Part shown: piece after piece, positions 1 through 9,439 of the stretch
Numbering within the stretch: the first letter of the stretch is position 1
Layout: each line of letters opens with the position of its first letter
NCBI GenBank assembly: GCA_963828655.1
Contig: CAWHFK010000007.1
Span: 3 to 64,002, forward strand
DNA length: 64,000 nt
DNA from: an uncultured Thermoleophilia bacterium
GTDB taxonomy: Bacteria > Actinomycetota > Thermoleophilia > Gaiellales > Gaiellaceae
Reading direction: 5' to 3'
The notes under the pieces: generated by a model
What the model was told of the DNA's origin: nothing
The model's database searches: none
The model's input: only the letters and a program-made list of their open reading frames with translations
Position numbers and translations under genes: made by a program

Positions 1-746
1 ACCTGAACGACCTCGCGGCGGTCTGCGCCGGAGTCGGACTCGCCGCCGGGAACATGCGCTTCATCGCGCTCACCGAGCGCGCACGCCGATTGAACGCGCA
101 GCTGACCGGCCACCGCTTCCTCTTCGGCTCAATCGACGTCGGCGGCAACCACCTCTCCTTCGACGTCGACGGCGCACGCGACGAGCTTGCGGTGATCCGC
201 GCCGAATCAGAGAGCGCCTGGCGGGAACTGCTCTTCAACAGCTCCTTCAGCGACCGGCTCCCGGAGATCGGGATCGTCACCCGCGAGGCCGCGCTCGAAC
301 TCGGAGCGGTCGGGCCAGCCGGACGAGCCAGCGGCATCGCGGAGGACACGCGGGCAACCAGCGACCAGCTCGCTTACAACGGCTTCGCGACGATCGTGCC
401 ACATCGTGCCGCCGGAGACGTCAAGGCACGACTCGAACAACGCGCACTCGAGGTAGAACAGACCTTCGACCTACTCGCCTCGCTGCTGAATCACCCCGTC
501 GTCGCGGCCACATGCGAACCGACGCAAGACCGGCAGACGATCGGAACCGCACGCGTCGAAAGCCCACGCGGCGCCACACTCTGCATCGTCGAAGAAACAG
601 GCGGCCGCATCAGACGGCTGAGACTACGAACCGGCTCATACGCGAACTGGCCGGTCGTCGCCCACGCAGCCGCCAACAACCTCCTCCCCGACTTTCCCTT
701 GATCAACAAGAGCTTCGAGCTCTGCTACGCCTGCGCCGATCGCTAA
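1..746 (+). CDS. [NiFe]-hydrogenase large subunit, group 4 / NuoD-HycE-like, C-terminal part (5-prime end outside window)
   Basis: Frame open from base 3 with no stop. It ends ...PLINKSFELCYACADR, the C-terminal CxxC Ni-Fe ligand motif. Its stop overlaps the next start (TAATG). Confidence 0.8.
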   Translation, partial: LNDLAAVCAGVGLAAGNMRFIALTERARRLNAQLTGHRFLFGSIDVGGNHLSFDVDGARDELAVIRAESESAWRELLFNSSFSDRLPEIGIVTREAALELGAVGPAGRASGIAEDTRATSDQLAYNGFATIVPHRAAGDVKARLEQRALEVEQTFDLLASLLNHPVVAATCEPTQDRQTIGTARVESPRGATLCIVEETGGRIRRLRLRTGSYANWPVVAHAAANNLLPDFPLINKSFELCYACADR

Positions 747-1237
747 TGCTCAGACTCCTCAAAGACCTTCGCCGCCTCCGCCGCCAACTCGCTCTCCCCG
801 CGCCTGACCGCGCACAAAGCCTCACCGTCCGTCACGTCGACGCCGGATCATGCAACGGCTGCGAACACGAACTAACACTCACGGCCGGCCCCCACTACGA
901 CCTCGCCAGATTCGGATTCAGCATCGTCGCCTCCCCCCGACACGCCGACGTGCTGCTCGTCACCGGCACAGTGACGACACGCATGCACGCGCCGCTGCTC
1001 ACCGCCTACCATGCCATGCCCGAGCCCCGCCGCGTCATCGCCCTCGGCGACTGCGCGCTCGGCTGCAACATCCTCGGCCTCGCAGCCGAACTCACCGGCC
1101 CAGTCGAAGACATCCTGCCCGTCGACCTCCGCGTGCCTGGTTGCCCGCCAACACCCGACGCAATCACAGCCGCGCTGAACGAACTGACTCGGACAGACCA
1201 ACCACGTCAACAAGAATCTCTAGACGGCACTCGATGA
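746..1237 (+). CDS. [NiFe]-hydrogenase small subunit (NuoB/HycG-like)
   Basis: 163 aa with GSCNGCE...PRHADVLLVTG...GDCA...VPGCPP, the NuoB/HycG Fe-S cluster pattern. Translationally coupled to the large subunit. Confidence 0.85.
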   Translation: MLRLLKDLRRLRRQLALPAPDRAQSLTVRHVDAGSCNGCEHELTLTAGPHYDLARFGFSIVASPRHADVLLVTGTVTTRMHAPLLTAYHAMPEPRRVIALGDCALGCNILGLAAELTGPVEDILPVDLRVPGCPPTPDAITAALNELTRTDQPRQQESLDGTR

Positions 1238-1329
1238 CGAAGCAAAGCGGTTTCACATCGAGTGATGTTCTCCAGCGTGCGGAATTGCAACTTGCGCGGC
1301 GTTCGGCAACGAAGGTCGTTGGCGCGCAT

Positions 1330-1470
1330 GGCCTCCTGGCCGGGTGCCCAGGGCCTGGCGGTTTGACCGGCGCGGCCTCCTGGCGCGTTGACCGAACAGC
1401 GCTCCTTGGGACCGCCCGAGGCGTGCCGGCCTCCTGGCCCGTTGACCGAAGTCGGCCTCCTGGCTGTTCC
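1330..1470 (+). repeat. Array of about 6 units of the GGCCTCCTGGCCCGTTGACCG repeat family
   Basis: GGCC unit starts at 1330, 1352, 1374, about 1391 (degenerate), 1428 and 1454. Period is about 20-37 nt. Intergenic between the hydrogenase and the next gene. Confidence 0.85.
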
Positions 1471-1596
1471 ACCGCGCCCGAGCACGTCGAGACCATTACT
1501 GCACAGTAGAGTCCTGGTTGCGTGCTCGTGCCCGCGGATCGATGATCCGAGCGCGCGTCCCAACGGGTAGTCCCTTCAGCGAGACGAGGGAGATCC

Positions 1597-1857
1597 GTGG
1601 AATCCGTGCTTGCCGTCACTGCTGCCACCTGGGCGATCGCCATGGCGCTCGGACCGCTGCTTCAGATCAGGACGATCGTCGAACAGCGAAGCTCCAGCGG
1701 CAACTCCGTGGGCTATTTCGTCATCCTGCTCGTCGGCTTCGCGCTCTGGATGGCGTATGGCGTCGCCGCCTCAAACCTCGCGCTGATCATTCCGAATGCT
1801 GTCGCCGCGGTCGTGATTGCCGCGACGATCGCCGTTGCGTGGCGCTACCGGAAGTGA
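1597..1857 (+). CDS. Small 3-TM membrane protein, SemiSWEET/PQ-loop-like
   Basis: 86 aa, GTG start 5 nt after GAGGGAG. Three hydrophobic helices. GPLLQI and LWMAYG resemble PQ-loop half-transporters (by eye). Confidence 0.55.
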   Translation: MESVLAVTAATWAIAMALGPLLQIRTIVEQRSSSGNSVGYFVILLVGFALWMAYGVAASNLALIIPNAVAAVVIAATIAVAWRYRK

Positions 1858-1922
1858 CGGTCATCGCCGCTTGCGCCGGCGTTCAGCGATGACGGCGGAG
1901 GGTCGAGTCGCCGGTGGGCGTC

Positions 1923-2480
1923 CTAGACGCCGGAGCGGGAGCGGCGCTCAGCCTCGGTGACGATGGCGTTCATGGACGAGCGGACCGCCTTCTCCCACGA
2001 CCGCGCCACGACGTCGCCCCAGCGCGCGCCGAGTGCTCCGTAGTCCGTCCCCAATTCACCTTCCCAGGTCAGGGTCGTGCCTCCTTCAGTCGCCTCCAGG
2101 ACGAAGGACTCGCGGACGTGGGGAACCGGGCCTCGTACGAGGCGGAAGTTGATCCGCTCGGGCCGCTCGAACTGGACGGTCTCGAGCGTGCTCGTGACCC
2201 CGCACTTGACCTTCGTGTAGTGCGCCGCGAGGACCATATCCGTGCCGCGTTCCCAAACGTCGAGGTGATCTTTCATCGAACGCGGCGTCTTCCCGAGGTA
2301 CGGGCTTGCGATCACGTCGAACACGGTTTCGCGCCCGGCTGCGATCTGCCAGCTCACGGGGCCGAGTTCGCGAACACGCCTGCCGACCCCGCTGTCAATC
2401 GTGACAGCACCGCTCGCGTAGAAGCGATAAGCGCGCTTGCCAACCAGAACGAGCGCAACGCCAAAAAGCAAGCGACGCAT
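1923..2480 (-). CDS. SRPBCC (START/polyketide-cyclase-like) domain protein with N-terminal hydrophobic segment
   Basis: Start taken at internal MRRLLFGVALVLVG. The upstream part of ORF 1923-2648 is translated repeat DNA. The body resembles SRPBCC ligand-binding proteins. Confidence 0.65.
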   Translation of the reverse strand: MRRLLFGVALVLVGKRAYRFYASGAVTIDSGVGRRVRELGPVSWQIAAGRETVFDVIASPYLGKTPRSMKDHLDVWERGTDMVLAAHYTKVKCGVTSTLETVQFERPERINFRLVRGPVPHVRESFVLEATEGGTTLTWEGELGTDYGALGARWGDVVARSWEKAVRSSMNAIVTEAERRSRSGV

Positions 2481-2557
2481 GCACGGGAGGCTAACGGAGG
2501 CAACTGCGCCCGGCTGACGTCGTCTACTCAGCGTCCTCTCCTCGCCCCGGGCGCGCC

Positions 2558-2628
2558 GGCCCTTCTGGCCCGTGACCGACCGGCCTCCTGGCTGATCGAC
2601 CGGCGGGACCCTCCTGGTCGGTTCACCG
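2558..2628 (+). repeat. Three degenerate units of the GGCCTCCTGGCC...GACCG family
   Basis: Units at 2558-2578, 2582-2602 and 2606-2628, period 24 nt, same orientation as all other loci. Confidence 0.75.
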
Positions 2629-2817
2629 AAGGCCCCCTCGTGCCGCACCCGGGGCGGCGACGACGTTGGACGGATCGTTCAATTCCTCGTCGCGGTCGCG
2701 CTCGCGGCAATCGGGATCACGCTGTTTGCATCATCCGAACACGGCACAGTCACCTAGTTCGTTCAGCCGCCGACCGCCGCTGAGAAGACCTGCGGGGACA
2801 TGATCGTCAACCGAACA

Positions 2818-4890
2818 TCAACCCTCGCCTGCGCCAGTGCTGTTAGGGATCTCTCCAGCGCCTTCGCCTGCGGCCTTCGCGCGTTCAGCCGCAGCCTCCG
2901 TTATCGCCACGGCTTTCTCACGTTCTTGTAGGGCATACGCCTTCGCGAGGTCGAATTCGAGATCGACGGAGAGCTCCGCCGGCCCGGTCACGGTGAGCGC
3001 GCGCTCCAACAGATTAGTCGCGGCGCGCCAGTCCGAGCGCCCGAGGGCGCGCCTACCCGCGACCGCGAGCTGGTCGCCGGCACGTTTGACCAGCGTCGGG
3101 TCGGTGTAACCGAGCTCGGTCTGGTACCGAACGGCCTGTTCGAGGTGGTAGCTGCGAAGCTCGTCGACTTCGATCATGTGTGGACGGGATGCGTCGAGCC
3201 AGTCGGCGAAGCGCTCGTGCAGCTCGGCCCGGACGGTTTTCGGGAGTGCGTCGTAGGTGGCGTCCCGGATCAGCTGGTGGCGGAAGCGAAAGGCGTTGTC
3301 ACCGGGAATTTGCGCTTCGTGAGGCTGAATCACGTCCTTGCGCACAAGCGCATTCAGGCACAAATGGAGCTTAGACTCCTCGTCGCCGAGGTATTCGACA
3401 GCGCTTTGGTGGAACACGCGACCCGCGACCGCTCCGCGCTCGAGCACACCACGCTCGGTCGGGTCCAGCTGGTCGAGACGAGCAGCAAGGAGCGCCTGGA
3501 TTGTCGGCGGCATCGCGAGCTCGCCAACACGTGACTCCTGTACGAGCGCGTGAAGCTCGACGATGAAGAGCGGGTTGCCGTCGGCAGCGGTGCAGATCCG
3601 CTCCTGCAGCTCCCGATCTGTCGCGCCCGCCTCGACATCTGTCGCACGGGCATTGCCCCAGACGCCACCCAGCTCCTCAAGCAGACAGGCAGACTCTTCT
3701 TCGTCAAGCGGCTCGATCAACGTTGCGGTTGCGTTCGGATTGCCGTCGCCCCACGCGGACCGGTGTTCCAGCAGATCCGGCCGGGCCATGCAAAGCAGGA
3801 GAATCGGCGCGTCGCCCGCGAGCGCAGCCACCTGCTCTACAAGGTTGAGGAACGTCTCTTCTCCCCAATGCAGATCGTCGAGCACACAAACCAGCGGCGC
3901 GTCCTGCGCTTCCTGCTCGAGCAGCTCGCGGAACGCCGAGGCGATCTCCGTTGCGCTCGTCCCCGACTCGATCTTCCCGAGCAGCGAACGAATCGCGGCT
4001 GCGGCCGCCTCGTTCTTGGGCAGCGCATCGAGCTGCTTGACGACCTCCACTATCGGCCAGTAGGTGATCCCCTTGCCGTACGACAGACAACGTCCGCGCA
4101 CGACACGCGCCTCCAGCCCGGCAAGAAACTCGGAGGCGAGCCGCGACTTACCGACTCCGGCGTCCCCGAGGATCGTAAACAGCCTGCAGGAGCGCGCACG
4201 TACCGCTTGGTCGAGGACGGCCCGCAGCTGCTCCAGTTCGGCCGTGCGCCCAATCATCGGCGTCGGAGGTCGATGTTCCGCCGGCGCGCGACGCAGGGAC
4301 AGGAGTTCCCAGGCAGGCACCAGCTCCGACTTCCCTTTCAGCTCCAGCGAACCGGCCGGCGACACGTCGACCGTGCCCTGGACGAGTTGCACTGTGCCGG
4401 CGCCTAATAGCACCGTCCCCGGCGCCGCAACCTGCTCGAGGCGTGCGGCGACGTTGACCGCATCGCCGGTCACTAGGCGCTCCGCCGTCCCGGTCACCGC
4501 CTCACCCGTGTTGATACCGATCCGCGCTCGAAGTTTCAGCTCCGGCAGTGCCGCCCGCATCTCGGACGCCGCCCGAACTGCACGCAATGCATCGTCTTCG
4601 TGCGCGACCGGTACGCCGAAGACGGCCATCACCGCATCGCCGATGAACTTGTCGACAACCCCGCCGTGCGCCTCGATGATGCCCTTCATCCGCACGAAGA
4701 AGTGCGCGAGCAGCGAACGTGTTGTTTCTGCGTCGACGGACTCTCCCGACGCGGTCGAGTCGACGACGTCGCAGAAAAGCACCGTCACGATCTTGCGCTG
4801 GATCCGTTCAACGGCTAATCGGACTCCGCAGTGCGGACAGAACGCGAACCCCTCCTCGCTCTCCTTTCCGCAGCTCGCGCAGACCTGCAT
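2818..4890 (-). CDS. Zinc-ribbon + class III nucleotidyl cyclase + AAA_16-type P-loop NTPase + C-terminal helical region
   Basis: Start at MQVCASCGKESEEGFAFCPHCG. Cyclase motifs are LFCDVVDST, DKFIGDAVMAVFG and GDAVNVAARLE. Walker A is GDAGVGKS and Walker B is VCVLDDLHW. Confidence 0.85.
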   Translation of the reverse strand: MQVCASCGKESEEGFAFCPHCGVRLAVERIQRKIVTVLFCDVVDSTASGESVDAETTRSLLAHFFVRMKGIIEAHGGVVDKFIGDAVMAVFGVPVAHEDDALRAVRAASEMRAALPELKLRARIGINTGEAVTGTAERLVTGDAVNVAARLEQVAAPGTVLLGAGTVQLVQGTVDVSPAGSLELKGKSELVPAWELLSLRRAPAEHRPPTPMIGRTAELEQLRAVLDQAVRARSCRLFTILGDAGVGKSRLASEFLAGLEARVVRGRCLSYGKGITYWPIVEVVKQLDALPKNEAAAAAIRSLLGKIESGTSATEIASAFRELLEQEAQDAPLVCVLDDLHWGEETFLNLVEQVAALAGDAPILLLCMARPDLLEHRSAWGDGNPNATATLIEPLDEEESACLLEELGGVWGNARATDVEAGATDRELQERICTAADGNPLFIVELHALVQESRVGELAMPPTIQALLAARLDQLDPTERGVLERGAVAGRVFHQSAVEYLGDEESKLHLCLNALVRKDVIQPHEAQIPGDNAFRFRHQLIRDATYDALPKTVRAELHERFADWLDASRPHMIEVDELRSYHLEQAVRYQTELGYTDPTLVKRAGDQLAVAGRRALGRSDWRAATNLLERALTVTGPAELSVDLEFDLAKAYALQEREKAVAITEAAAERAKAAGEGAGEIPNSTGAGEG

Positions 4891-5121
4891 CTTGATGACG
4901 CTAGACCCCTGCTGCGGGGATAGCAATCGCCGAGTCAAACAGTTCAGCAGCCTGCGGACGTTCAACGCCGTCGTGAGCAGGGCACCTTCGCAACCCCTGC
5001 GCAGCGCGCGCGGGTGGGAGTATTGCGCGCGCCTCCCCGCGCTTGCTTCACAAGCCCGTGCTGTCCCGCCGTCGTCTGCGCCAGCGTCTCTCAGTCGAGC
5101 GGCCAGCAGATGCCAGGGAGC

Positions 5122-5210
5122 GGCATCCTGGCCCGGCGCGGCCTCATGGCCGACTGCCGAATCGTGTCGGGCCTCCTGGCCCGTTGACCGGCGCAGGCCC
5201 CTGGCTTGGG
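5122..5210 (+). repeat. Four units (one perfect) of the GGCCTCCTGGCCCGTTGACCG family
   Basis: Perfect unit at 5170-5190 with degenerate units on both sides. Lies in the divergent intergenic region. Confidence 0.8.
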
Positions 5211-5636
5211 GCTCCGAGGGTCGATGGCTCCAGACTTCGCAGTTCCTGCGTCCACCGCCACTCTCCGAACGCCATCTCGGCGCAGTGCGCTCCCTCGTGA
5301 GGTCGACGGCGTAGTCGGCGTGGATGTGCGTGTGTGTTAGTCGGCTGGGGCCAGTGGTCTCTCGCCTGGCCATCTGTTTCCCCGGCCCGGGCAGTTCACG
5401 CTTTCTTCACGTGGCACGCGCACCATCAGAAGCCGTGGCCGCACAAGCCGAACATGACTGGCCGGCGAACGGTCAGGACCCGACCAAGACGACGACAAGC
5501 TCCTATTCGCCCTGAGCATTGGAGCGTCACTCGTCGCCGCGATCGGGCTACTGATCTTCTTAGTCGTCCGATAGAGAGCGCGAAGAACCTCGAGGCCGGG
5601 TCAACGTGCCGCCGGCTCCCCCATTAACGTGTCATC

Positions 5637-6440
5637 GTGCGGGTCGCCCTTGTAGTGGTCGTTGTCCTCGCCGCGCTGATCATCGTTGCGCGTACGGGGA
5701 GCACCGCATCCGCGTCTGATGTTCCGCGGATCGCGCATGTCGTCGTGATCGTCTTTGAAAATCACGAGCGCCGCGACGTTCTCGGCTCGGGCGCCGCCCC
5801 GACCCTCGAGCATCTCGCGTCGACGTATGCGCAGGCGACCGCCTACGACGCCGTCGCCCATCCAAGCCTCCCGAACTACCTCGCCCTGGTTTCCGGGTCA
5901 ACCCACGGAGTGATCAGCGACTGCACCAACTGCGTCCAGACCGGTCCAACAATCGGCACCCAGCTATCGGCGAAGCACCTCCGCTGGGCCGCATACGCCG
6001 AGGGCTATCCAAGCTCCAGCCGATTCGCGAAGAAGCACGTCCCGTTTCTCTACTTCCCGAACGATGCATCCCACGTCTTACCCCTCGACCGCTTCGAGCC
6101 TCGAAAGCTCCCGGCCTACTCGCTGATCATCCCCGACCTCTGCCACGACATGCACGACTGCTCGGTCGCAACCGGCGACAGTTGGCTCCACAACTTCATC
6201 CCGCCGCTGCTCAACGTCAAAGACACCGCGATCTTCATCGTCTTCGACGAAGGCACGACAAACCTCGGCGGCGGCGGGAACGTCGCTTCGATCGTCGCCG
6301 GCACAGCCGTACAACGACACACGGTGTTCAGGGCCACCACCTCGCACTACGGCCTGCTACGCACAATCGAATCCGCGCTCGGGCTCCCCCACCTCGGACA
6401 AGCCCGCTCGGCAACGCCCCTCACAGGCATCTTCGAGTAA
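5637..6440 (+). CDS. Secreted phosphoesterase-family protein (phospholipase C / acid phosphatase-like)
   Basis: N-terminal signal-like helix, then HVVVIVFENH...PSLPNYLALVSG...PDLCHDMHD...IVFDEG, typical of the phosphoesterase family. Confidence 0.75.
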   Translation: MRVALVVVVVLAALIIVARTGSTASASDVPRIAHVVVIVFENHERRDVLGSGAAPTLEHLASTYAQATAYDAVAHPSLPNYLALVSGSTHGVISDCTNCVQTGPTIGTQLSAKHLRWAAYAEGYPSSSRFAKKHVPFLYFPNDASHVLPLDRFEPRKLPAYSLIIPDLCHDMHDCSVATGDSWLHNFIPPLLNVKDTAIFIVFDEGTTNLGGGGNVASIVAGTAVQRHTVFRATTSHYGLLRTIESALGLPHLGQARSATPLTGIFE

Positions 6441-6522
6441 CGAGTCGCCGCCCACCTCGTCGCCCGAAAGTCGGCATACTCGGCAGACGCAAGGGAGGCA
6501 CGGCACGGCAGCGTTCAAACCA

Positions 6523-6876
6523 GTGCTTCGCGCTCATCTCACCGACTGCCGCTGGTTCTTCGCCTGGGCACTACTCGGATCTGCGGCCGCGCTCGGCCTC
6601 GTGTCGTTCGGCGTTCTCCTGCTCCTGCCGGTTCTCGTCGTGGGCGGGCTGATGGCGTCGCGGCCGACGATTCGCCGCTCGGCGTTCGGTCTCCTCAGCG
6701 GCGCTGGCGTTCTTCTGCTCTACGTCGCTTGGCTACAACGAGCCGGGCCGGGCACGACCTGCTGGCAGCACGGAACGGCAAGCGGGTGCGACCAACACCT
6801 CAACCCGCTGCCATGGCTACTTGCCGGGATCGTCCTGTTCATCGGGGGCATCGTCGCCCATGCCCGACAGCGCTGA
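6523..6876 (+). CDS. Hypothetical membrane protein
   Basis: 117 aa with 3-4 hydrophobic helices, GTG start, no recognisable family. Confidence 0.45.
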   Translation: MLRAHLTDCRWFFAWALLGSAAALGLVSFGVLLLLPVLVVGGLMASRPTIRRSAFGLLSGAGVLLLYVAWLQRAGPGTTCWQHGTASGCDQHLNPLPWLLAGIVLFIGGIVAHARQR

Positions 6877-7021
6877 AGGACACTGCTGCGCCAGGTGCGG
6901 GAAGGCCTCGCGGTTGTGAGATCGCCGCGAGTTACGAAGGGCTTTCGAGCCGACGTCGTCGAGGCGGCCGCCCCGAACGGCTGCGCTGCAGAGTAGGCGA
7001 GGGGGGCTCGAATCGCGAGTT

Positions 7022-7924
7022 TCATTCGGACTCGTCCGGTTCGGGCCAGGCGGCTGTGAGTTCGGCGCCCAGAAGTATGGTCATCACCCCGACTTGAACG
7101 ACCAGCAGAAACCCCAGGACGGCGCCCAAAGGTCCGTACACGGCGGTGACGTTCCCGTACCTCGCGAGGTAGAGCGCGTAGACGGCAGTTGCCAGGTGGA
7201 ACCCGATCGTCGCGAGAAGCGCGGGGATCCAGATCGCCCTGAATCGCGGAGCGACCGGCGGCAAGGTGCGGTAGAGACCAACGAGGACACCAAAGGTCAG
7301 CGCCGCCGACGTGAGAACCTCGGCAGCGGCGGCGACAGCACGGCCCTCGGTTGCTGCGCCGATCTTCTGGCTCAGGTCGTGGCCGATCTCGGTGAGCACC
7401 TGTGTGAGCAGCGTGGCGCCGAACGACGCGATCGCGACGAGGCCGACACCGACCACAAGCGTGAAGTCGAGCAGCTTGCTCTGAACGTACGTTCGCCGTA
7501 GGTCGTTCTCCCAGATCACGCGGAAGGCGATCCGGATCGATCCCATCATTCCACTTGCAGCCCAGAGCAGGAACGCGAGCGAGATCAGCCCCGCGATCGT
7601 CGATGGAACGCGAGAGCTCGTCAACGCGTGCTCGACGCTCGAGTCAAGTGCCCGCCCGGGGGTTACCGAGGCGAGCCAACGTGCGACCGCATCACGGCTC
7701 TTGTCCGGTAGCAAGATGTCCGCAACCGAGACCACGAACGCCACAAGCGGCACGAGCGAGAAGAGCATTCGAAAGGAAACGGCCGCCGCGAGCTGAGAGG
7801 TTGCATGGCGGGTGTAGCCATCGGCGGCCCCGAGCATGGCGCGGCCGAAAGGGTGGTGTCCGAGCCAGCCACGGGCCCGACCTCTCACTCGCACCCCGCG
7901 CCGCAACAAGCGCCGGCGGCGCAC
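7022..7924 (-). CDS. YihY/BrkB family membrane protein
   Basis: LAAAVSFRMLFSLVPLVAFVVS... and multiple TM helices typical of YihY. The true start may be the internal Met at 7837. Confidence 0.8.
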   Translation of the reverse strand: MRRRRLLRRGVRVRGRARGWLGHHPFGRAMLGAADGYTRHATSQLAAAVSFRMLFSLVPLVAFVVSVADILLPDKSRDAVARWLASVTPGRALDSSVEHALTSSRVPSTIAGLISLAFLLWAASGMMGSIRIAFRVIWENDLRRTYVQSKLLDFTLVVGVGLVAIASFGATLLTQVLTEIGHDLSQKIGAATEGRAVAAAAEVLTSAALTFGVLVGLYRTLPPVAPRFRAIWIPALLATIGFHLATAVYALYLARYGNVTAVYGPLGAVLGFLLVVQVGVMTILLGAELTAAWPEPDESE

Positions 7925-8152
7925 GCCACCACCGGCCTAGAGCGGGAGGTCGTCAGACTCGACCTCTTGCGTCCCGTCGGCACTGCGCGGCACGGCTTCG
8001 AACGCGAGCCTGGGCGGTTCATCCTGCGGGAAATCTCCCAGCAACTCGTTCTGGTCTGCATCCCGGAATGCCCGTCGTCAATGGCCGTCGAACGTCTCGA
8101 GCCGCCGTGATGACGGACGTCTCGATCTGGAGAATTGTTACTACCTCGGGAG

Positions 8153-8704
8153 CTAGGAGGGCGGTCCGACCGCGTACGGCTGCGTCGACACCCGCCCCGC
8201 CCCGTCGACGCTGACGATCATCCGATCGCCCGCCCGCTGCAGGACGGCAGAGTCGGCGCTCTGGCTCTCGAGCGCCCAGCCCTGCGCCGTCCAGCCGGCG
8301 ACCGCGACGTCGAGCCGCCCCCGCCGTTCGGCGGCCGACACCCCACTGTCCCCCCCGCCGCGGCGGGCGAGCAGGGCGATCACGATGATGAGCCCGACCG
8401 CGAGGATCGCAAGCAGCACCCACACCCACGCAGGCGTCTCGCCGCTCGAGCTCGAGGTCGTCGTCGTCGTGGACGGCAGGATGATCTGCCGGGTCGTCGT
8501 CTGCTCAACGGTCTCGGTCGTGACGACCGTCGTCGGCTCCGACGTCGTCTCGATCGTCGAAGTACCTGCCGCCTGGACACTCCCGACAACCGCAGTCGCG
8601 AGAAGCATCCCGGCGACAAGACAGGCAGCGAGCCCTGCGACCTGCAGCGGCTTCCTCACACCGCTGAGAATACGCCTCGAGCACCACCAGAGTGCCATCG
8701 CCAA
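8153..8704 (-). CDS. Hypothetical membrane-anchored protein with Thr/Ser-rich linker
   Basis: Signal/TM helix, T/S-rich low-complexity stretch, second TM helix, then a small C-terminal domain. No family recognised. Confidence 0.45.
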   Translation of the reverse strand: MAMALWWCSRRILSGVRKPLQVAGLAACLVAGMLLATAVVGSVQAAGTSTIETTSEPTTVVTTETVEQTTTRQIILPSTTTTTSSSSGETPAWVWVLLAILAVGLIIVIALLARRGGGDSGVSAAERRGRLDVAVAGWTAQGWALESQSADSAVLQRAGDRMIVSVDGAGRVSTQPYAVGPPS

Positions 8705-8787
8705 GAGAAAGGGGCAGATATCTGCGACTCGCGACGATCCCGGGAGCCTGTCGTGCGGCCCCCAAGGTCATTCGGGATGATGCGAGC

Positions 8788-9399
8788 GTGGATGTCGCAT
8801 CGGTGCTGACCTTCGTCGAGCAGCACAGCCAGTGGGCGCTGCTTCTGCTTTTCGTCCTGCTCACGCTGGAGTCGTTCGGCCTTCCGGTGCCTGGCGAGAC
8901 GGCGCTGATCGCGTGCTCAGTGCTCGCGTCCCAAGGCTCGTTCTCGATCGTGTGGGTGATCGTGCTGGGTGTGCTGGCAGCGATCATCGGCGACAACCTC
9001 GGCTACTGGGCCGCCCGCAAAGGCGGGCGGCCGCTGCTCGAGCGACACCGGCTGACGCGTAGCTACGCAGAGACGTACCTCCCTCGAGGCGAGCGGTTCT
9101 TCGCGCGGCATGGGGGAAAGGCGGTCTTCCTCGGTCGCTTCGTCGCCGTTCTCAGGGTGACGGCGGCCTGGGTGGCGGGCATTTCGCACATGCATTGGTG
9201 GCGGTTCTTCTTCTGGAACGCGGCAGGCGGGATCGTCTGGGCGACCTCGATCTCACTGATCTCCTACTACCTCGGAGACGCGGCGGCGACCGCGTTCAAC
9301 CGTTATGGCCTCTACGCCGCGGGCGGTGCGATCGTGCTTTCGGCGATCGGGTTCCTGATCGTGAAGCGACTGGAGAAGCGGGTCGTCGACGAGGATTAG
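8788..9399 (+). CDS. DedA family membrane protein
   Basis: LESFGLPVPGETALI...IGDNLGYWAARKGGRPLLER is the DedA signature. GTG at 8788 is preferred over 8692, which would overlap the divergent gene. Confidence 0.8.
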   Translation: MDVASVLTFVEQHSQWALLLLFVLLTLESFGLPVPGETALIACSVLASQGSFSIVWVIVLGVLAAIIGDNLGYWAARKGGRPLLERHRLTRSYAETYLPRGERFFARHGGKAVFLGRFVAVLRVTAAWVAGISHMHWWRFFFWNAAGGIVWATSISLISYYLGDAAATAFNRYGLYAAGGAIVLSAIGFLIVKRLEKRVVDED

Positions 9400-9439
9400 C
9401 TCCGCCGCGAAGGACAGACGGTCATCGCCCGGCCAGCCA

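Noticed and set aside
1330-1470. Possible CRISPR array, because of regularly spaced repeats.
   Set aside because: Units are about 21 nt with only 1-16 nt between them, there are no unique spacers, the copies are degenerate and no cas genes are present in the window.
4891-5373. N-terminal extensions of ORFs 2818-5373, 1923-2648, 18113-19498, 26497-29025 and 38294-40684.
   Set aside because: The extensions translate repeat DNA or antisense genes. Family similarity and plausible RBS/start codons begin at the internal starts given in the feature list.
5043-5627. Small ORFs (85-97 aa) in the 750-nt gap between 4890 and 5637.
   Set aside because: Arg/Pro-rich with no RBS, and they overlap the 21-nt repeat array. 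Treated as non-coding.
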